DNA of 64,000 nucleotides, from NCBI RefSeq assembly GCF_963921235.1, contig NC_086097.1:53818001-53882000 (forward strand). Reading direction: 5' to 3'. The stretch is from Mobula hypostoma. Its lineage: Eukaryota. The notes beneath the pieces are model-generated. The model saw only the letters and a list, made by a program, of their open reading frames with translations, did no database searches and had not been told where the DNA came from. This document shows positions 24,832-37,439 of this stretch, in pieces. The position numbers were made by a program, and so were the translations under genes. Within the stretch, counting starts at the first letter, position 1. Each line of letters opens with the position of its first letter.

Positions 24832-26375
24832 TCCCTGATGGGATTGAAACAAACACTCCAAGAACAGGGCGGGTGGGATCCTTCATGATGTTTCTAGCCC
24901 TTTTCCAGCACCTTTCTGGTGAGCTTACTTGATTGTGTAGGATATGTTCTGGGTTATGAGAGTTTGTGTGTGACGTGCACTCCCAGGAGTTTGAAACTGC
25001 CTGCAATTTCCTCTGCTATGCTGCCAATGTAAAGAGGGGTGCGAGTTCTCCTGAAGTCAATAACCATCTCCTTTGCCTTGTCGACAGTGATAGTGTCTGG
25101 CACCAGGCCTCAGGCTCTTCCACCTTCTCTCTGTAGGCCATCTCATCACTGTTGGTGACGAGCCCAACCACTGTCATGTAACAGTGAATTTGGCAGTGTG
25201 ATTTCTCAGGTGTTAGGCTGGGCAGTCATGTGTGAGCAGAGAGTACAGCAGTGGGCTCAGCAGGCAGCCCAGTGGGCCAGTGGGCCGGTGGGGAGGGGGT
25301 ACCCCTGTTGAGAATGATGGGGAAAGAGCAGCAGTTATGCAACCTGACTATCAGAGGTCTTTTGGCTATGAGGTTATGAGGTTATGAGGTCCAACACCCA
25401 GTTGCACAGTGGTGTATTTAGAGTGAGAAATAGGAATTTGTTCACCAAGATCTGTGGGACAATAGTGTTGAATGCCAAACTGAAATCCAGAAACAGCATT
25501 CTAACGTACAGCGAGTGTCCTGCTTTTCTCCGAGTGTCAGGGCCAGGTGGCTCTGTCGGTAAACATATTAGTGAGTGTGCAGTGTAGCAGCAATGGAGGT
25601 TCTGATATGTGCTATTACCAGCCGTTAAAGCACTTCATGATGATTGAAGTCAGTGCCACCGGGCGGTGGTTATTTAGTTCTATGCTACAGGATGATGGTA
25701 GCTGGTTTGAAGCTTGTGTGTACAGCGGTCTGGATGAGGGAAGTGTTGAAAGTATCTGTAAAGACATCAGTGAGCTGGTGTACACACTGCCTGAGTGCTC
25801 ACCCTGGGATGTTGTCAGGCCCGGATGCCTTCCTCTGCAGAGTCCTTCTCACATCCATTCTTACCTGGGTGGGAGGTCGCTTTGGTTACTGGCATTGTGC
25901 TGCATGCCCTGAAGCATGCATAACAGTTGTTTAGAGCTTCGGGGGGGGGGGGGGAAGGCGTCATTGGTACAGTCAACATTGTTCTTCCTTGCATAGTCGA
26001 TAAGTCCCTTGGTGCCCGACACATATGCTGGCGATCATTATCGGACAGGTGTTCCTGAATTTTTTTGTGGGCAGGCAGTCTTTGCCCTCTTGATAGCTAA
26101 GATGAGGTATCTCCTGACTGCTCTGAGAGTTGTTCTGTCTCCAGGCTTGAAGGCAGCATCCTGGGCTTTTAAGATCGAATGCACCTTTGCATTTAGCCAG
26201 GGCTTCATGGTTGGGCCATGAGATGACCGTCTGAAGTACCACCTTCATCTATACAATTACTGATGCTAATGGAAAAAAGACAGAGGACAATTAAGGAAAC
26301 TACTTACAGCTAAGACGTATGTACTGTATAACATTACAAAAATATGTGTGTATTTATGTATGTATGTATGCATCT

Positions 26376-26584
26376 GGGCCAGCTGGTGGTGTAGTGGCAT
26401 CAGCACTGGATGCCAAGGCAGATGATCCTGAGGTTCAAACCCAGCCGGGTCCCAACCTGGGCAATAGTATCTGCACGAAAGAAAGGCCTGGCAATCTACT
26501 TCCATATCTTGCCGTGAAAACCCTATGGACCCTGTGGTCCACTAGGTCACAAAGAGTCGGACTCGACTTGACAACTGAAATGTA
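26376..26584 (+). mobile_element. tRNA-headed SINE with an RTE/BovB-like tail
   Basis: Head gctggtggtgtagtggcatcag...ggttcaaacccagccgg; tail ggtcacaaagagtcggactcgacttgacaactgaa; imperfect TSD atgtatgcatct / atgtatctatct. Confidence 0.78.
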
Positions 26585-28068
26585 ATGTATCTATCTATTT
26601 AACATATCAGATGAGCTTCACCTAAAAGGTGTGGATTACATGCATGGACTGGCTGTACAGGTCAAACAGCAGGAAAAAACCTTAACCCAGTTGTGTGGTT
26701 TGATAGAACATCCTTGTTGGAGTGGACCAGTGAAAACTCAAATCGTAGTTATTTTTCAAAAAAATAGGAGCAAAGTTTAAAAAAGTTGAATACATAAATG
26801 TAAAAGAAATGGACATGAGCTTGCAATAATACGAAACATTTGATTGTGGATAAAGAGAATGTTTTGAGTTGATACATTGGGCAGCTTTAGCTTTGCACTA
26901 ATCAAAGGCAAGCATATTTTACAGGATTGCATTGCTTACATTCTCATGAGTTAGGAGAAAAGGCGACAGGATGAAAGCTTACTGACATAAAAGAATGGGA
27001 ACTGACGAGGCTGAATCACTTGGAATTACAACAGAGATAAACTGAATATCTACTGCAGAAATTCAGTCCTGATTGTAAGCCTTGATCTGGAACTGCAGAA
27101 ATTGATAAAGAATAAAACTACTACTGAAGCAATTGCAGTTCTGCAAATTTCAATTTAACAAAAATGGATTGAGACGATCATGTCTCTATTGCTAAGGGGC
27201 AGTGTGTATTAATCTAGTGCAAGTGCTTTATTACTCATGTTCTAAAAGACATGAACGGGATCAGAGTAATGTGACTGGGGAGGCCAGATCTCCAAATGTG
27301 GGTAAGACAGAGAATCAGTTCCATATTTCATTTCATAGGAATTAAAGAGGTTAAAAACAAAATCATCAAATTACAAAGACTTGGCCCCCAAAGACCCTTG
27401 GAGGGGTGGAATGCAGAAGCATAGATAACTTTGAGTACAGGAGAACTGCCTGGAGATTGGAGAAAGCTTTTTTTTTATAAAAGGGTAGCAAAAGTGGCAC
27501 AGGAAATGTACTTGAGAGACTTGTAATTCATTATTGGCTTATATGAATGGAAATTCTTATGAAAAAAAAAGACCGTAGGAAACATGGATAGATATAAAAT
27601 CATGAAAAGATAGTGTAGATTTTAATAATTTATCAAATCTACTGTCATTGAGATTTTGACAAAGGAACTTGAGAGGAATGAGATGTCAATGAGTTGGGTT
27701 TTAGTACACCTTATTGCACCTCTGTACTTCACAGTATCTCTGGACTGCTGGTACTGACGTATAAAATGGAGATCATATGAACATTTTATAATTATTGTAT
27801 AAAATGTAATCAGTTCTCCAATAGATGCCATAGGGTTATGGCAGTAAGTGTTATGCAGTGGGGTCATTAGAAAGCGTGAATAAAAATAAGCCAGGGACAA
27901 GCAGAGCAGCCATTGTGTGAGTGGGCCAGTGTCGGAGTAGCTTTGACTCATCAGGCTTCGGCGAGATCAGGATTGGGGGAGATAAGTATCTGGTAAGTTT
28001 TTTTCTTCTTCTTCGTCTTTATTCTTCATTCCTCATCTGTTACCGTACAGTGAGAATGGTTCCGGGGT

Positions 28069-28815
28069 AACACACATCAAAGTTGCTGGTGAACGCAGCA
28101 GGCCAGGCAGCATCTCTAGGAAGAGGTACAGTCGACGTTTCAGGCCGAGACCCTTCGTCAGGACTAACTGAAAGAAGAGCTAGTAAGAGATTTGAAAGTG
28201 GGAGGGGGAGGGGGAGATCCAAAATGATAGGAGAAGACAGGAGGGGGAGGGATGGAGCCAAGAGCTGGACAGGTGATTGGCAAAAGGGATACGAGAGGAT
28301 CATGGGACCGGAGGTCCGGGAAGAAAGACAAGGAGGCGGGGGGGGGGAAAACCAAAGGATGGGCAAGGGGTATATTAAGAGGGACAGAGGGAGAAAAAAG
28401 AGAGTGAGAGAAAGAATGTGTGTATAAAAATAAATAACAGATGGGGTACGAGGGGGAGGTGGGGCATTAGCGGAAGTTAGAGAAGTCGATGTTCATGCCA
28501 TCAGGTTGGAGGCTACCCAGACGGAATATAAGGTGTCATTCCTCCAACCTGAGTGTGGCTTCATCTTGACAGTAGAGGAAGCCGTGGATAGACATGTCAG
28601 AATGGGAATGGGATGTGGAATTAAAATGTGTGTCCACTGGGAGATCCTGCTTTCTCTGGCGGACAGAGCGTAGATGTTCAGCAAAGCGGTCTCCCAGTCT
28701 GCGTCGGGTCTCGCCAATATATAAAAGGCCACATCGGGAGCACCGGACGCAGTATATCACCCCAGTCGACTCACAGGTGAAGTGTCGCCTCACCTGGAAG
28801 GACTGTTTGGGGCCC
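28069..28815 (-). mobile_element. 5'-truncated Penelope-like element (GIY-YIG plus terminus)
   Basis: ORF 28536-28793 GVIYCVRCSRCGLLYIGETRRRLGDRFAEH; near-identical to 9315-10055; inserted in CR1 ORF1; no clear TSD. Confidence 0.93.
28130..28165 (-). ncRNA. Minimal hammerhead ribozyme motif, intact core
   Basis: Minus strand agtc-CTGACGA-agggtctcggcct-GAAA-CGTC-gact. Confidence 0.8.
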
Positions 28816-30227
28816 AGATAACCACACCTGCATCAGGTGCATCAAGCTGCAACTCCTCAGAGAATGTGTAAAACAATTGGAGCTGCAGTTCGATGACCTT
28901 CAGCTCGTAGGGACATTGAGGAGGTGATGGATAGGAGCTACAGAGAGGTAATTACCCCGAGGCTGCAGGAGGCAGGAGGCAGGAGACTGGGTGACTGTCA
29001 GGAGAAGGAAGAGAAATGGGCAGCCAGTGCAGTGTACCCCTGTGGCCATTCCCCTCAATAATAAGTGTATCACTTTGAATACTGTTGAGGAGGACAACCT
29101 ACTTGGGGAAGGGAGGCCACAGAAACTGGATTCCTGGTACTGTGGCTCAAAAGAGAAGAGAGTTAAAGAGGACTGGAGGACTGCAGTAGTAGTGACTGGA
29201 GATTCCATAGTCAGAGGAACGGAGATGAGATTCTGTGGACACGACAGAGACACCTGAGTGGAATGTTGCCTCCCAGGTGCCAAGGTCAGGGACGTCTTGG
29301 ATCTGGTCCATGGCATTCTAAACGGGGAGGATCAGCAGCCAAGAGCCTGGGTAGATATTAGTACCAATTACATAAGGAGGAAATGTGAGGAGGTCCTGAA
29401 GAGAAATTTAAGGGAGCTAGGTAGAAAGCTGAAAAGCAGGACCTCCAGGCTGGTAACATCTGAATTGCTGCATGTGCCACGTGCCAATAAGGGTACGATT
29501 ATAATGATTTGGCAGGTGGCAGATGAGTGGCTGAGGACCTGCTGCAGGGGGCAGGCATTCAGATTTATGGATCATTGGCATCTCTACTAAGGAAGATACG
29601 AACTGTATGAAAGAGACTGGTTACACCTGAACCTGAGGGGGACCAATATCCTTTTGGGCAGGTTTGCTGGAGCTGTTTGGGAGGGTTTATACTAATTTGG
29701 CAGGGGACGTGAACCGGAGTGATAAGGCTGAAGAGGACGGAGTGGTTTACAGACAGAGGCATTGTGTAATGAGATTGCTAGCAAGGAGAGTCTGAATATA
29801 GGGTAAAATTGCAGTCAGCAGTGAGTTGACATGCAAAAGGGGGGAAATTGAAAAGGGTGATGAACACAGGGTTGAAGAAGTTATATTTGAATGTACATAG
29901 TATTTGGAATAAGGTAGATGAAGTAGTAGCACAGTTATAGATTGTCATGTATGATGTCATGGGCATCACTGAATCATGGCTGAAAGATGATAGCTGGGAG
30001 CTTAACATCCAAGGATGCAGATTTTATAGAAAGAACAGACAGGTAAACAAAGGGGTGGGGTGGCTCTGGTGGTAAAAATTTAATCAAATCCTCAGAAAGA
30101 AGTGACAAAGGGTTAGAAGTTGGAGAATCATTGTGGGTAGAACAAAATAACTACAAGGGTAAAAAGACTCTGATGGGAGTTATATACAGATCTCCAAACA
30201 ATAGCAAAGATGTGAGCTACAAATTAG

Positions 30228-30430
30228 ATTCAAAGTACATTTATAATCGAAATGTATGCAGTATAGAACCCTGAAATCCGTCTTCTCACAGACAACCATG
30301 AAACAAAGAAACATCACCCAACTCTTTCAAAGAAAAACATCAAATCCCAACATGCAAAATAAAAACAAATCGTGCAGTGGCAAAAAGGCAAAAAACACAG
30401 AATATAAAACACCAAACCACAAATCATCAA
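30228..30430 (-). mobile_element. Rex1-type 3' tail fragment inserted in CR1 ORF2
   Basis: gattcaaagtacatttataatcg...aaccctgaaatccgtcttctc matches Rex1-type tails; CR1 sequence is collinear on both sides. Confidence 0.65.
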
Positions 30431-31517
30431 ACAGGAGGGAGAAAATGCATGTTAAAAGGGCAATGTTACAATAGTTGTGGGGATTTCAATATGCATGGGG
30501 ATTTGAGGTTAGTGAAAATGAGGTTAGTGCTGGATTACAAGAGGGAGTATTTGTAGACTGCCTATAAAATGGCTTTCTAGAGCAGTTGGTGGCTGGGCCC
30601 ACTAGGGGATCGGCTATTCTGGATTGAGTGTTGTGCAATGAACCAGAACTGATAAGAGAGCTTAAGGTAAAGGAACCCTTTGGGGCAGTGATCATAATAT
30701 GATAGAATTCACCCTGCAATTTGAGGAGAAGCTAAAGTCAGAGATATCAGTATTACAAAGGAGTAAAGGAAATTACAGAGGCATGAGAGAGGAGCTGGCC
30801 AAAATTGATTGTGAGAGAATACGAGCAGAGACAACAGCAAGGCAGCAATGGCTGGAGTTTCTGGACACAATTTGGAAGGCACAGGATAGATACATCCCAA
30901 AGATGAAGTGTTCTAAAAGTAGGATGATGCAAGCATGGCTGACAAGAAAAGTCAAACCAACATAAAAAACAAAGAGAGGGCATATAATTGAGGAAAATTT
31001 AGTGGGAATTTAGAAGATTGGGAAGCTTTTAAAAACTATCAGAGGACAACTGAAAAAGTCATAAAGAAGGAAAAGATGGAATACGAAGGTAAGCTAGCCA
31101 ATAATATTAAAGAGGATGCCAAACATTTCTTCAGATACATGAAGTGTAAAACAGAGGCAGAAGTGGATAAAGGACTGCTGGAAAATGATGCTGGAGAGGT
31201 AGCAATGGGGAACAAGGAAATGGCTGACGAACTGATCAAGTATTTTTCCATCAGTTTTCACTGTGGAAGACATTAGCAGTATGCCAGAAGTTCGAGAGTG
31301 TCAGGGGGCAGATGTGAGTGAAGTTGCCATTACTAAGGAGAAGGTGCTTGGGAAGCTGAAAGGTCTGAAGATAGAGAAGTCACATGAGTTAGATGGTCAC
31401 ACACCAAGGTTCTGAAAGAGGTGGCTGAAAAAATTGTGAAGGCATTGGTAATGTTCTTTCAAGAATCAACAGATTCTGTATGCTTCTGGAGGACTGGAAA
31501 ATTGCAAATGTCACTCA

Positions 31518-32043
31518 CCTACAATCTAGGCCGGTGTTTAAGTTGTCTAATCAGCATGTCGAACACCTCGCACTAGAACCCAGCTGCAGCAAAAGACTCT
31601 AGGCCTAGACTACACCACTCAGTGACTCAATCTGGACCCAGATTGCACCTCCCAGCCCAAAGCCACTCTCAAGCTCTTCAAATCAGCTTGATGCCCAGGA
31701 CAATCCAACCTAGCACCCAGGCCAGTGGTACGGGCATCAAATCTTCTCTGCCCAGACCCCAACTTCTCCTCTTGTCACCCAAAACGATCCAACCTTGCAC
31801 CTCACACCCAGGCCAGTTGTATGGGCATTGAAACTCCATTTGCAATGGACTCTGCAACACACAATCTTGGCTCATCCCCCGAACTCATCTCACCTTGCCA
31901 CCACTCACCCCTTCACTGTTTGCAGCGATAATTTAATTCAATTTACCTCAGGAAAGTTATTTTCAATGATGTTTTTAGTCAGATTTCTTAACTTTTTAAC
32001 TATTAGTGAGCTGTCACACACATTCAGTAGCACCATCTTAACT
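31518..32043 (-). mobile_element. 5' part of a non-autonomous retroposon starting TTAAGATGG
   Basis: Minus strand starts agttaagatggtgctactgaa..., resembling the start at 33586; internal ~90-bp imperfect repeat (atccaacct...cacccaggccagt). Confidence 0.5.
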
Positions 32044-33282
32044 GGAAGACTGAATTGACTTTGTGGCCAAATTTGTGAACAATAGGGTACTTGTGAATAA
32101 TTGATAATAGGGAAACGTTGAATGTAGAAGACTGAGATGAGATTTGATAGAGGTATATAAAATTATGAGGGGTATAGGTAGGGTAAATGCCAGCAGGCTT
32201 TTTCCACTGAGATTGGGTGAAACAAGAATGAGAGGTCATGGGCTACGGAGGAAAGGTGAAATGTTTAAGGGGAAAATGAGGGGAAACTCCTTCATTCAGA
32301 GGATGGTGAGAGTGTGGAATGAGCTGTCAGCACAAGTGGTGAAGGTGGGTTCAATTTCAACACTTAAGAGAAATTTGGATAGGTTCATAGATGGGAGGTA
32401 TATGAGAGCTATGGTCCGGGTGCAGGTCAATGGGACTAGGCAAATTAATGGTCCAGCACAGACTAGATGGGCTGATTGGTCTGTTTCTGAATTGTCGTGT
32501 TCTATGACTCTATGACCATACACTTCCCTGCACTGAAATCAATTTGCTACAGTTTTATCCAGACTTCAACAGAGAGAAATGCGATCGTGTTCACAAAGAA
32601 TAACTAGCAACATTTTTAACTTGCCAGAACAAATTCCTGTTTTTTTTCCCCTTGACGGGGCCTTCACACATGCAGGAGTTCACAGACCTTGCAGCTGACA
32701 AGTGCTGTCAGAGGACTCCTGCTTTCCTTGAACAAGCACAGACCCTCAGCAGACAGGCAGATGGCTGGGGTTTCACCTGGCCGTTCACCCCTCACCAAGG
32801 AGCAAGGAGCAGATGCTGAGTTCAAGCGCAGCTGTACAGATCTATTCCCAGCCATGCTTAGCTACTCATGGTTATCTTGGGAATTGTCGATGACGATAAT
32901 TGAATATTCAAAGGAATCAGGGATACCAAGCACCATCAGGAGTCCTCATATATAGACCTTGTGTGATCATGTTGTGGACAGTCTAAATGACAAGGTGAGT
33001 ACTGCCTTAAATGTGATAGTATATACCCTGGCTCTGGCCTCACAACCCCTTGCTGATTTGCACAAAACTGTACTCTTAACAGAGGTGCCTAAATGAGGAT
33101 TGGTGAGGGAAGTTAAAAAATCATAACTCTTTCCCAACATACCCACTTCATATCCACTTCCTTGCCTTTCAGTTAGTGTCCCAAATGCCACCTCATCTCA
33201 TGGCAGCTGATTCCACTGCTGCAAGACTGGCAGAAAGACAGAGGCATTGGAGCCGAACTGGGCCAGTTAGCCCATCAAGTCT

Positions 33283-33534
33283 CACACATAAAAGTTGCTG
33301 GTGAACGCAGCAGGCCAGGCAGCATCTCTAGGAAGAGGTGCAGTCGACGTTTCAGGCTGAGACCCTTCGTCAGGACTAACTTCAACTCTTCCTTCAGTTA
33401 GTCCTGACAAAGGGTCTCGGCCTGAAACATTGACTGCACCTCTTCCTAGAGATGCTGCCTGGCCTGCTGTGTTCACCAGCAACTTTTATGTGTGTTGCTT
33501 GAATTTCCAGCATCTGCAGAATTCCTGTTGTTTG
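33283..33534. mobile_element. Fold-back (palindromic) mini-Penelope element with hammerhead motifs on both strands
   Basis: Arms 33283-33381 and ~33396-33494 are reverse complements; ~40-nt extension on the right; TSD agcccatcaagtct (33269-33282) / agcccgtcaagtct (33535-33548). Confidence 0.92.
33342..33377 (-). ncRNA. Minimal hammerhead ribozyme motif, intact core (opposite-arm copy 33400-33435 is mutated)
   Basis: Minus agtc-CTGACGA-agggtctcagcct-GAAA-CGTC-gact; the plus arm has CTGACAA and GAAACATT. Confidence 0.72.
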
Positions 33535-33914
33535 AGCCCGTCAAGTCTGTTCTGCAGAATCTTTAACGGTTAAACTTTTTAGTTTAAGATGGCCCTGGTG
33601 AACTTCAGTGACCTCTGGCTGGTGGCTAATGAAACAATGAAAACAACTAAATATTTTGTTAATCTCTTTTTCTAGTAAACAATCATCACAAGCAATAGAC
33701 TGTTACTTCTGTTTGGACATGGAAGCAATTCAACGTGGCAGAACTGAGACAAGGCAGTGGGCCCGTCACCGAGAGTGGTGGAGACCCAAGGCGCGATCGA
33801 TTTAAGCGCCGGGCCGAAGCGGAAAGGCTGGGCACAGGCCAAATTGAGGTGGTGGAGTCCAGGCTCCAGAACGTAACAAAGTGACTGAACCCGATGTTTC
33901 GACGGCGATTTAGA

Positions 33915-35709
33915 GTCCAGTCCCTATATACTTCCATCCCCCATCAGGAAGGTCTCAAAGCTCTCCGCTTCTTTTTGGATTCCAAACCTAATCAGTTCCC
34001 CTCTACCACCACTCTGCTCCATCTAGCGGAATTAGTCCTTACTCTTAATAATTTCTCCTTTGGCTCCTCCCACTTCCTCCAAACTAAAGGTGTAGCCATG
34101 GGCACCCGTCCCAGCTATGCCTGCCTTTTTGTTGGCTTTGTGGAACAATCCGTGTTCCAAGCCTATACCGGTATCCGTCCCCGACTTTTCCTTCGCTATA
34201 TTGACGACTGCATTGGCGCTGCTTCCTGCACGCATGCTGAGCTTGTTGACTTCATTAACTTTGCCTCCAACTTTTCACCCTGCCCTCAAGTTTACCTGGT
34301 CCATTTCCGACACCTCCCTCCCCTTTCTAGATCTTCCTGTCTCTATCTCTGGAGACAGCTTATCTACCGATGTCCACTATAAGCCTACTGACTCTCACAG
34401 CTATCTGGACTATTCCTCTTCTCACCCTGTCTCTTGCAAAAACACCATCCCCTTCTCGCAATTCCTCCGTCTCCGCCGCATCTGCTCTCAGGATGAGGCT
34501 TTTCATTCCAGGATGAAGGAGATGTCTTCCTTTTTTAAAGAAAGGGGCTTCCCTTCCTCCACCATCAACTCTGCTCTCAAACGCATCTCCCCCATTTCAC
34601 GCACATCTGCTCCCACTCCATCCTCCCGCCACCCTACTAGGAAAAGGGTTCCCCTCATCCTCACCTACCACCCCACCAGCCTCTGGGTCCAACATATTAT
34701 TCTCTAAAACTTCTGCCACCTCCAATGGGATCCCACCACTAAGCACACCTTTTCCTCCCCCCCCCACGCTTTCCGCAGGGATCGCTCCCTACGCAACTCC
34801 CTTGTCCACTCGTCCTCCCCCATCCCTCCCCACCAATCTCCCTCCTGGCACATATCCTTGTAAGTGGAACAAATGCTACACATGCCCTTACACTTCCTCC
34901 CTCACTACCATTCAGGGCCCCAGACAGTCCTTCCAGGTGAGGCGACACTTCACCGTGAGTCAGCTGGGGTGATATACTGCGTCCGGTGCTCCCGATGCGA
35001 CCTTCTATATATTGGCGAGACCTGACGCAAACTGGGAGACAGTTTCGCTGAACACCTACGATCTGTCCGCCAGAGAAAGCAGGATCTCCCAGTGGCCACA
35101 CATTTTAATTCCACGTCTCATTCTCATTCTGATATGACTATCCACAGCCTCCTCTACTGTCAAGATGAAGCCACACTCAGGTTGGCAGAACAACACCTTA
35201 TATTCTGTCTGGGTAGCCTCCAACCTGATGACATGAACATTGACTTCTCAAACTTCCGCTAATGCCCCACCTCCCCCTCGTACCCCATCCGTTATTTATT
35301 TATTTATATTCACACATTCTTTTTCTCTCTCTCCTTTTTCTCCCTCTGTCCCTCTCACTATACCCTTTGCCCATCCTCTGGGCTTTCCCTCCTTCCCCCT
35401 TTTCTTTCTCCCTGGGCCTCCTGTCCCATGATCCTCTCATATCCTTTTTGCCAATCATCTGTCCAGCTCTTGGCTCCATCCCTCCCCCTCCTGTCTTCTC
35501 CTATCATTTTGGATTTGGATCTCCCCCTCCCCCTCCCATTTTCAAATCTCTTACTAACTCTTCCTTCAGTTAGTCCTGGCAAAGGATCTCGGCCCGAAAC
35601 GTCGACTGTACCTCTTCCTAGAGATGCTGCCTGGCCTGATGCATTCGCCAGCAACTTCTGTCTGTGTTGCTTGAAATTCCAGCATCTGCAGATTTCCTCG
35701 TGTTTGCGA
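33915..35709 (+). mobile_element. 5'-truncated Penelope-like element (RT, GIY-YIG and terminus), frameshifted
   Basis: VQSLYTSIPH..QTKGVAMGT..FLRYIDD (33894-34382); LPFLDL..HYKPTDSHSYLDYSSSHP..IPFSQFLRLRRICS (34117-34707); GIY-YIG remnant ~34935-35260; TSD atttaga at 33908-33914 and 35710-35716; hammerhead box mutated (CTGGCAA). Confidence 0.94.
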
Positions 35710-35862
35710 ATTTAGACAACTGGGCCAGATCGAAAGAATTAGGGTATTGGGCCCCGAGGGGAGGGACAGGCCAGTTCAGCTCACTGCTCCACGACGTTTG
35801 CATGGCTCTGCTTTGAACTAAGGGTCTGGGGACGGACTTTGGTTCAGAATGCTACTTGCTTG

Positions 35863-36763
35863 TGTGACGAGAATACACAGAGATTAAGATGTTAGTTGAC
35901 CTGTGCTGGCACCAGTGGGATCAGCAGTTGGTCTGCCACCTGTCTTCAGGAGAAAGAGAGATAAGGAAAACGATGGAGCAGCATTTGGAGATGTTAATGA
36001 AGGGATGGGAGAGTTTAACGGAAGGAGAGCTGTCAAGATCGGCTCCCCCTTTGAACCCTGAACTGTTTGAAGTGATGGACAGGCGATACCCCAGCAGGAG
36101 GATAAAAAGGGACAGGTTCGCTAAGGCAAGACGCACACGACACCCCGAGGTAACGAGACCCTGGAAGCGGTGCGTCTCCCACAAGTCGGTGGGAAGTTTT
36201 GGAAGGCTGATCGCAGGACCAAGCCATAGACGCACAGGGTGGAAAGGCACGATCAGCGGGAACCTGGTGTGTGTCCGCCCTTGCCTGGGTGCCAGGTTCA
36301 CCGCAGAGAAACGATCGAATCTGGAAACGGAGGGGTTACAGTCGGTGACCTCAGATGACATCACAAAGGGCTCACCCGAAAGCTGACTGCGAAGAATATC
36401 GAAGGTCTGTGTGGAAGCCGTTTGAATATTCATTCGTTTTGCTCTCTCTCTCCTTCCCCCCACTGTCCATCTCCCACGGCAGTGATTACTGTGAACTGAA
36501 CTGAACTAAATTGAACTGAACTTGGCGTCACTTTGAAACTGGTCATTTACCCCTAGACAACGATAGAGCTTGATTGATCCTGTTATCCTAATTCTGTGTA
36601 CATGGGGGTTTATCATTGCTGAACTGTTGCATTTATTATCCTTTTGATTAGAGTACTGTGTTGCTTGTTTCTTTAATAAAACTTTCTTAGTTCTAGTAAT
36701 CCAGACTCCAACTGAGTGATCCATTTCTGCTGGTTTGGCAACCCAGTTATGGGGTACGTAACA
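35863..36763 (+). mobile_element. Solo LTR (901 bp), probably Ty3/gypsy type
   Basis: TGTGACG...CGTAACA termini (TG..CA, short inverted repeat); 4-bp TSD CTTG at 35859-35862 and 36764-36767; GATAAAA at 36101 and AATAAA at 36675. Confidence 0.88.
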
Positions 36764-37439
36764 CTTGCGTTTACTATTCGCATGATTTGGGGTTTTTTCT
36801 GCACATGGGTTGTTCAGCCATCTTTTTTTTATGGTTTCTTTGTTTCGTGGCTGCCTGTAAGGAGATGAATCTCAAGGTTGTATAAAGTTTAGATACTTAG
36901 ATAATAACTGTACTTTGAACTTCACGCCTCCACAAAGTAGGGATTGCTGACCAAAAGCACCTGACTGCTTCCACCTCTCCTCAAGTCAGCAGTAACACCA
37001 CATAGGGACAGTGGAAAAAGTAAGAGTAATGATAGGAACAGGGTTAATATTTGGTTTCGAGTTCCAGTGTCAGAACAGAAACAGAAATTTTGTTTCACTT
37101 TCCTCCTGAATGTTTCCACTATTTTCCGTTTCTAGTAACAGCAGTGTTTTATGTCACTTAACTTCATTGATCCATCAGTCCTTCCATCTGAAGTAGATAA
37201 CCTCAATTGCTTTTTTAATGTTAATCTCTATCTTCTGCAGTTATTTCAACTTCCGTACTTTGTTAATACCCCCGTGCAAAGTTTCATTCTCTCATCAGTC
37301 TCTTTCACTCCAGGTTATCAAGCATACCATGAAAACCACGATGAAATGCTCCCAAAGAAATTGTGCAACCAGCCATAAGGACATTTCACAAACTCCCCTC
37401 ACAAAAGATGGTTAACTGAGTCTCAGCTTGTGTAATTGT

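Larger units (their letters stand above)
22960..26250 (-). mobile_element. Degenerate Rex1/Babar-like LINE hosting a Tigger element and a SINE
   Basis: 3' tail (ttcttga)n at ~22961; decayed RT remnants 24850-25830 (gagtacagcagtgggctcag; aagcacttcatgatgattgaagtcagtgccaccgggcgg). Confidence 0.65.
27890..32520 (+). mobile_element. Near full-length degenerate CR1 LINE (5' UTR, ORF1 esterase, ORF2) with three insertions and internal deletions
   Basis: ORF1 remnants PDNHTCIRCIKLQLL and VVTGDSIVRGTEMRFCGHDRD/CCLPGAKVRDV (SGNH esterase). ORF2 remnants 29870-31515 and 32050-32515; tail ctatgactctatgac. The 3' end may be a separate CR1 copy. Confidence 0.85.
33586..36922 (+). mobile_element. Non-autonomous retroposon (TTAAGATGGC start, Rex1-type tail) carrying a nested PLE and a solo LTR
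   Basis: Pieces 33586-33914, 35710-35862 and 36764-36922 rejoin after removing two TSD-flanked inserts; ends gaatctcaaggttgtat...ataataactgtactttgaact. Confidence 0.65.

Noticed and set aside
35889..36463. Overlapping 165-aa and 180-aa ORFs
   Set aside because: Lie inside the GC-rich solo LTR; no gag, pol or env motifs.
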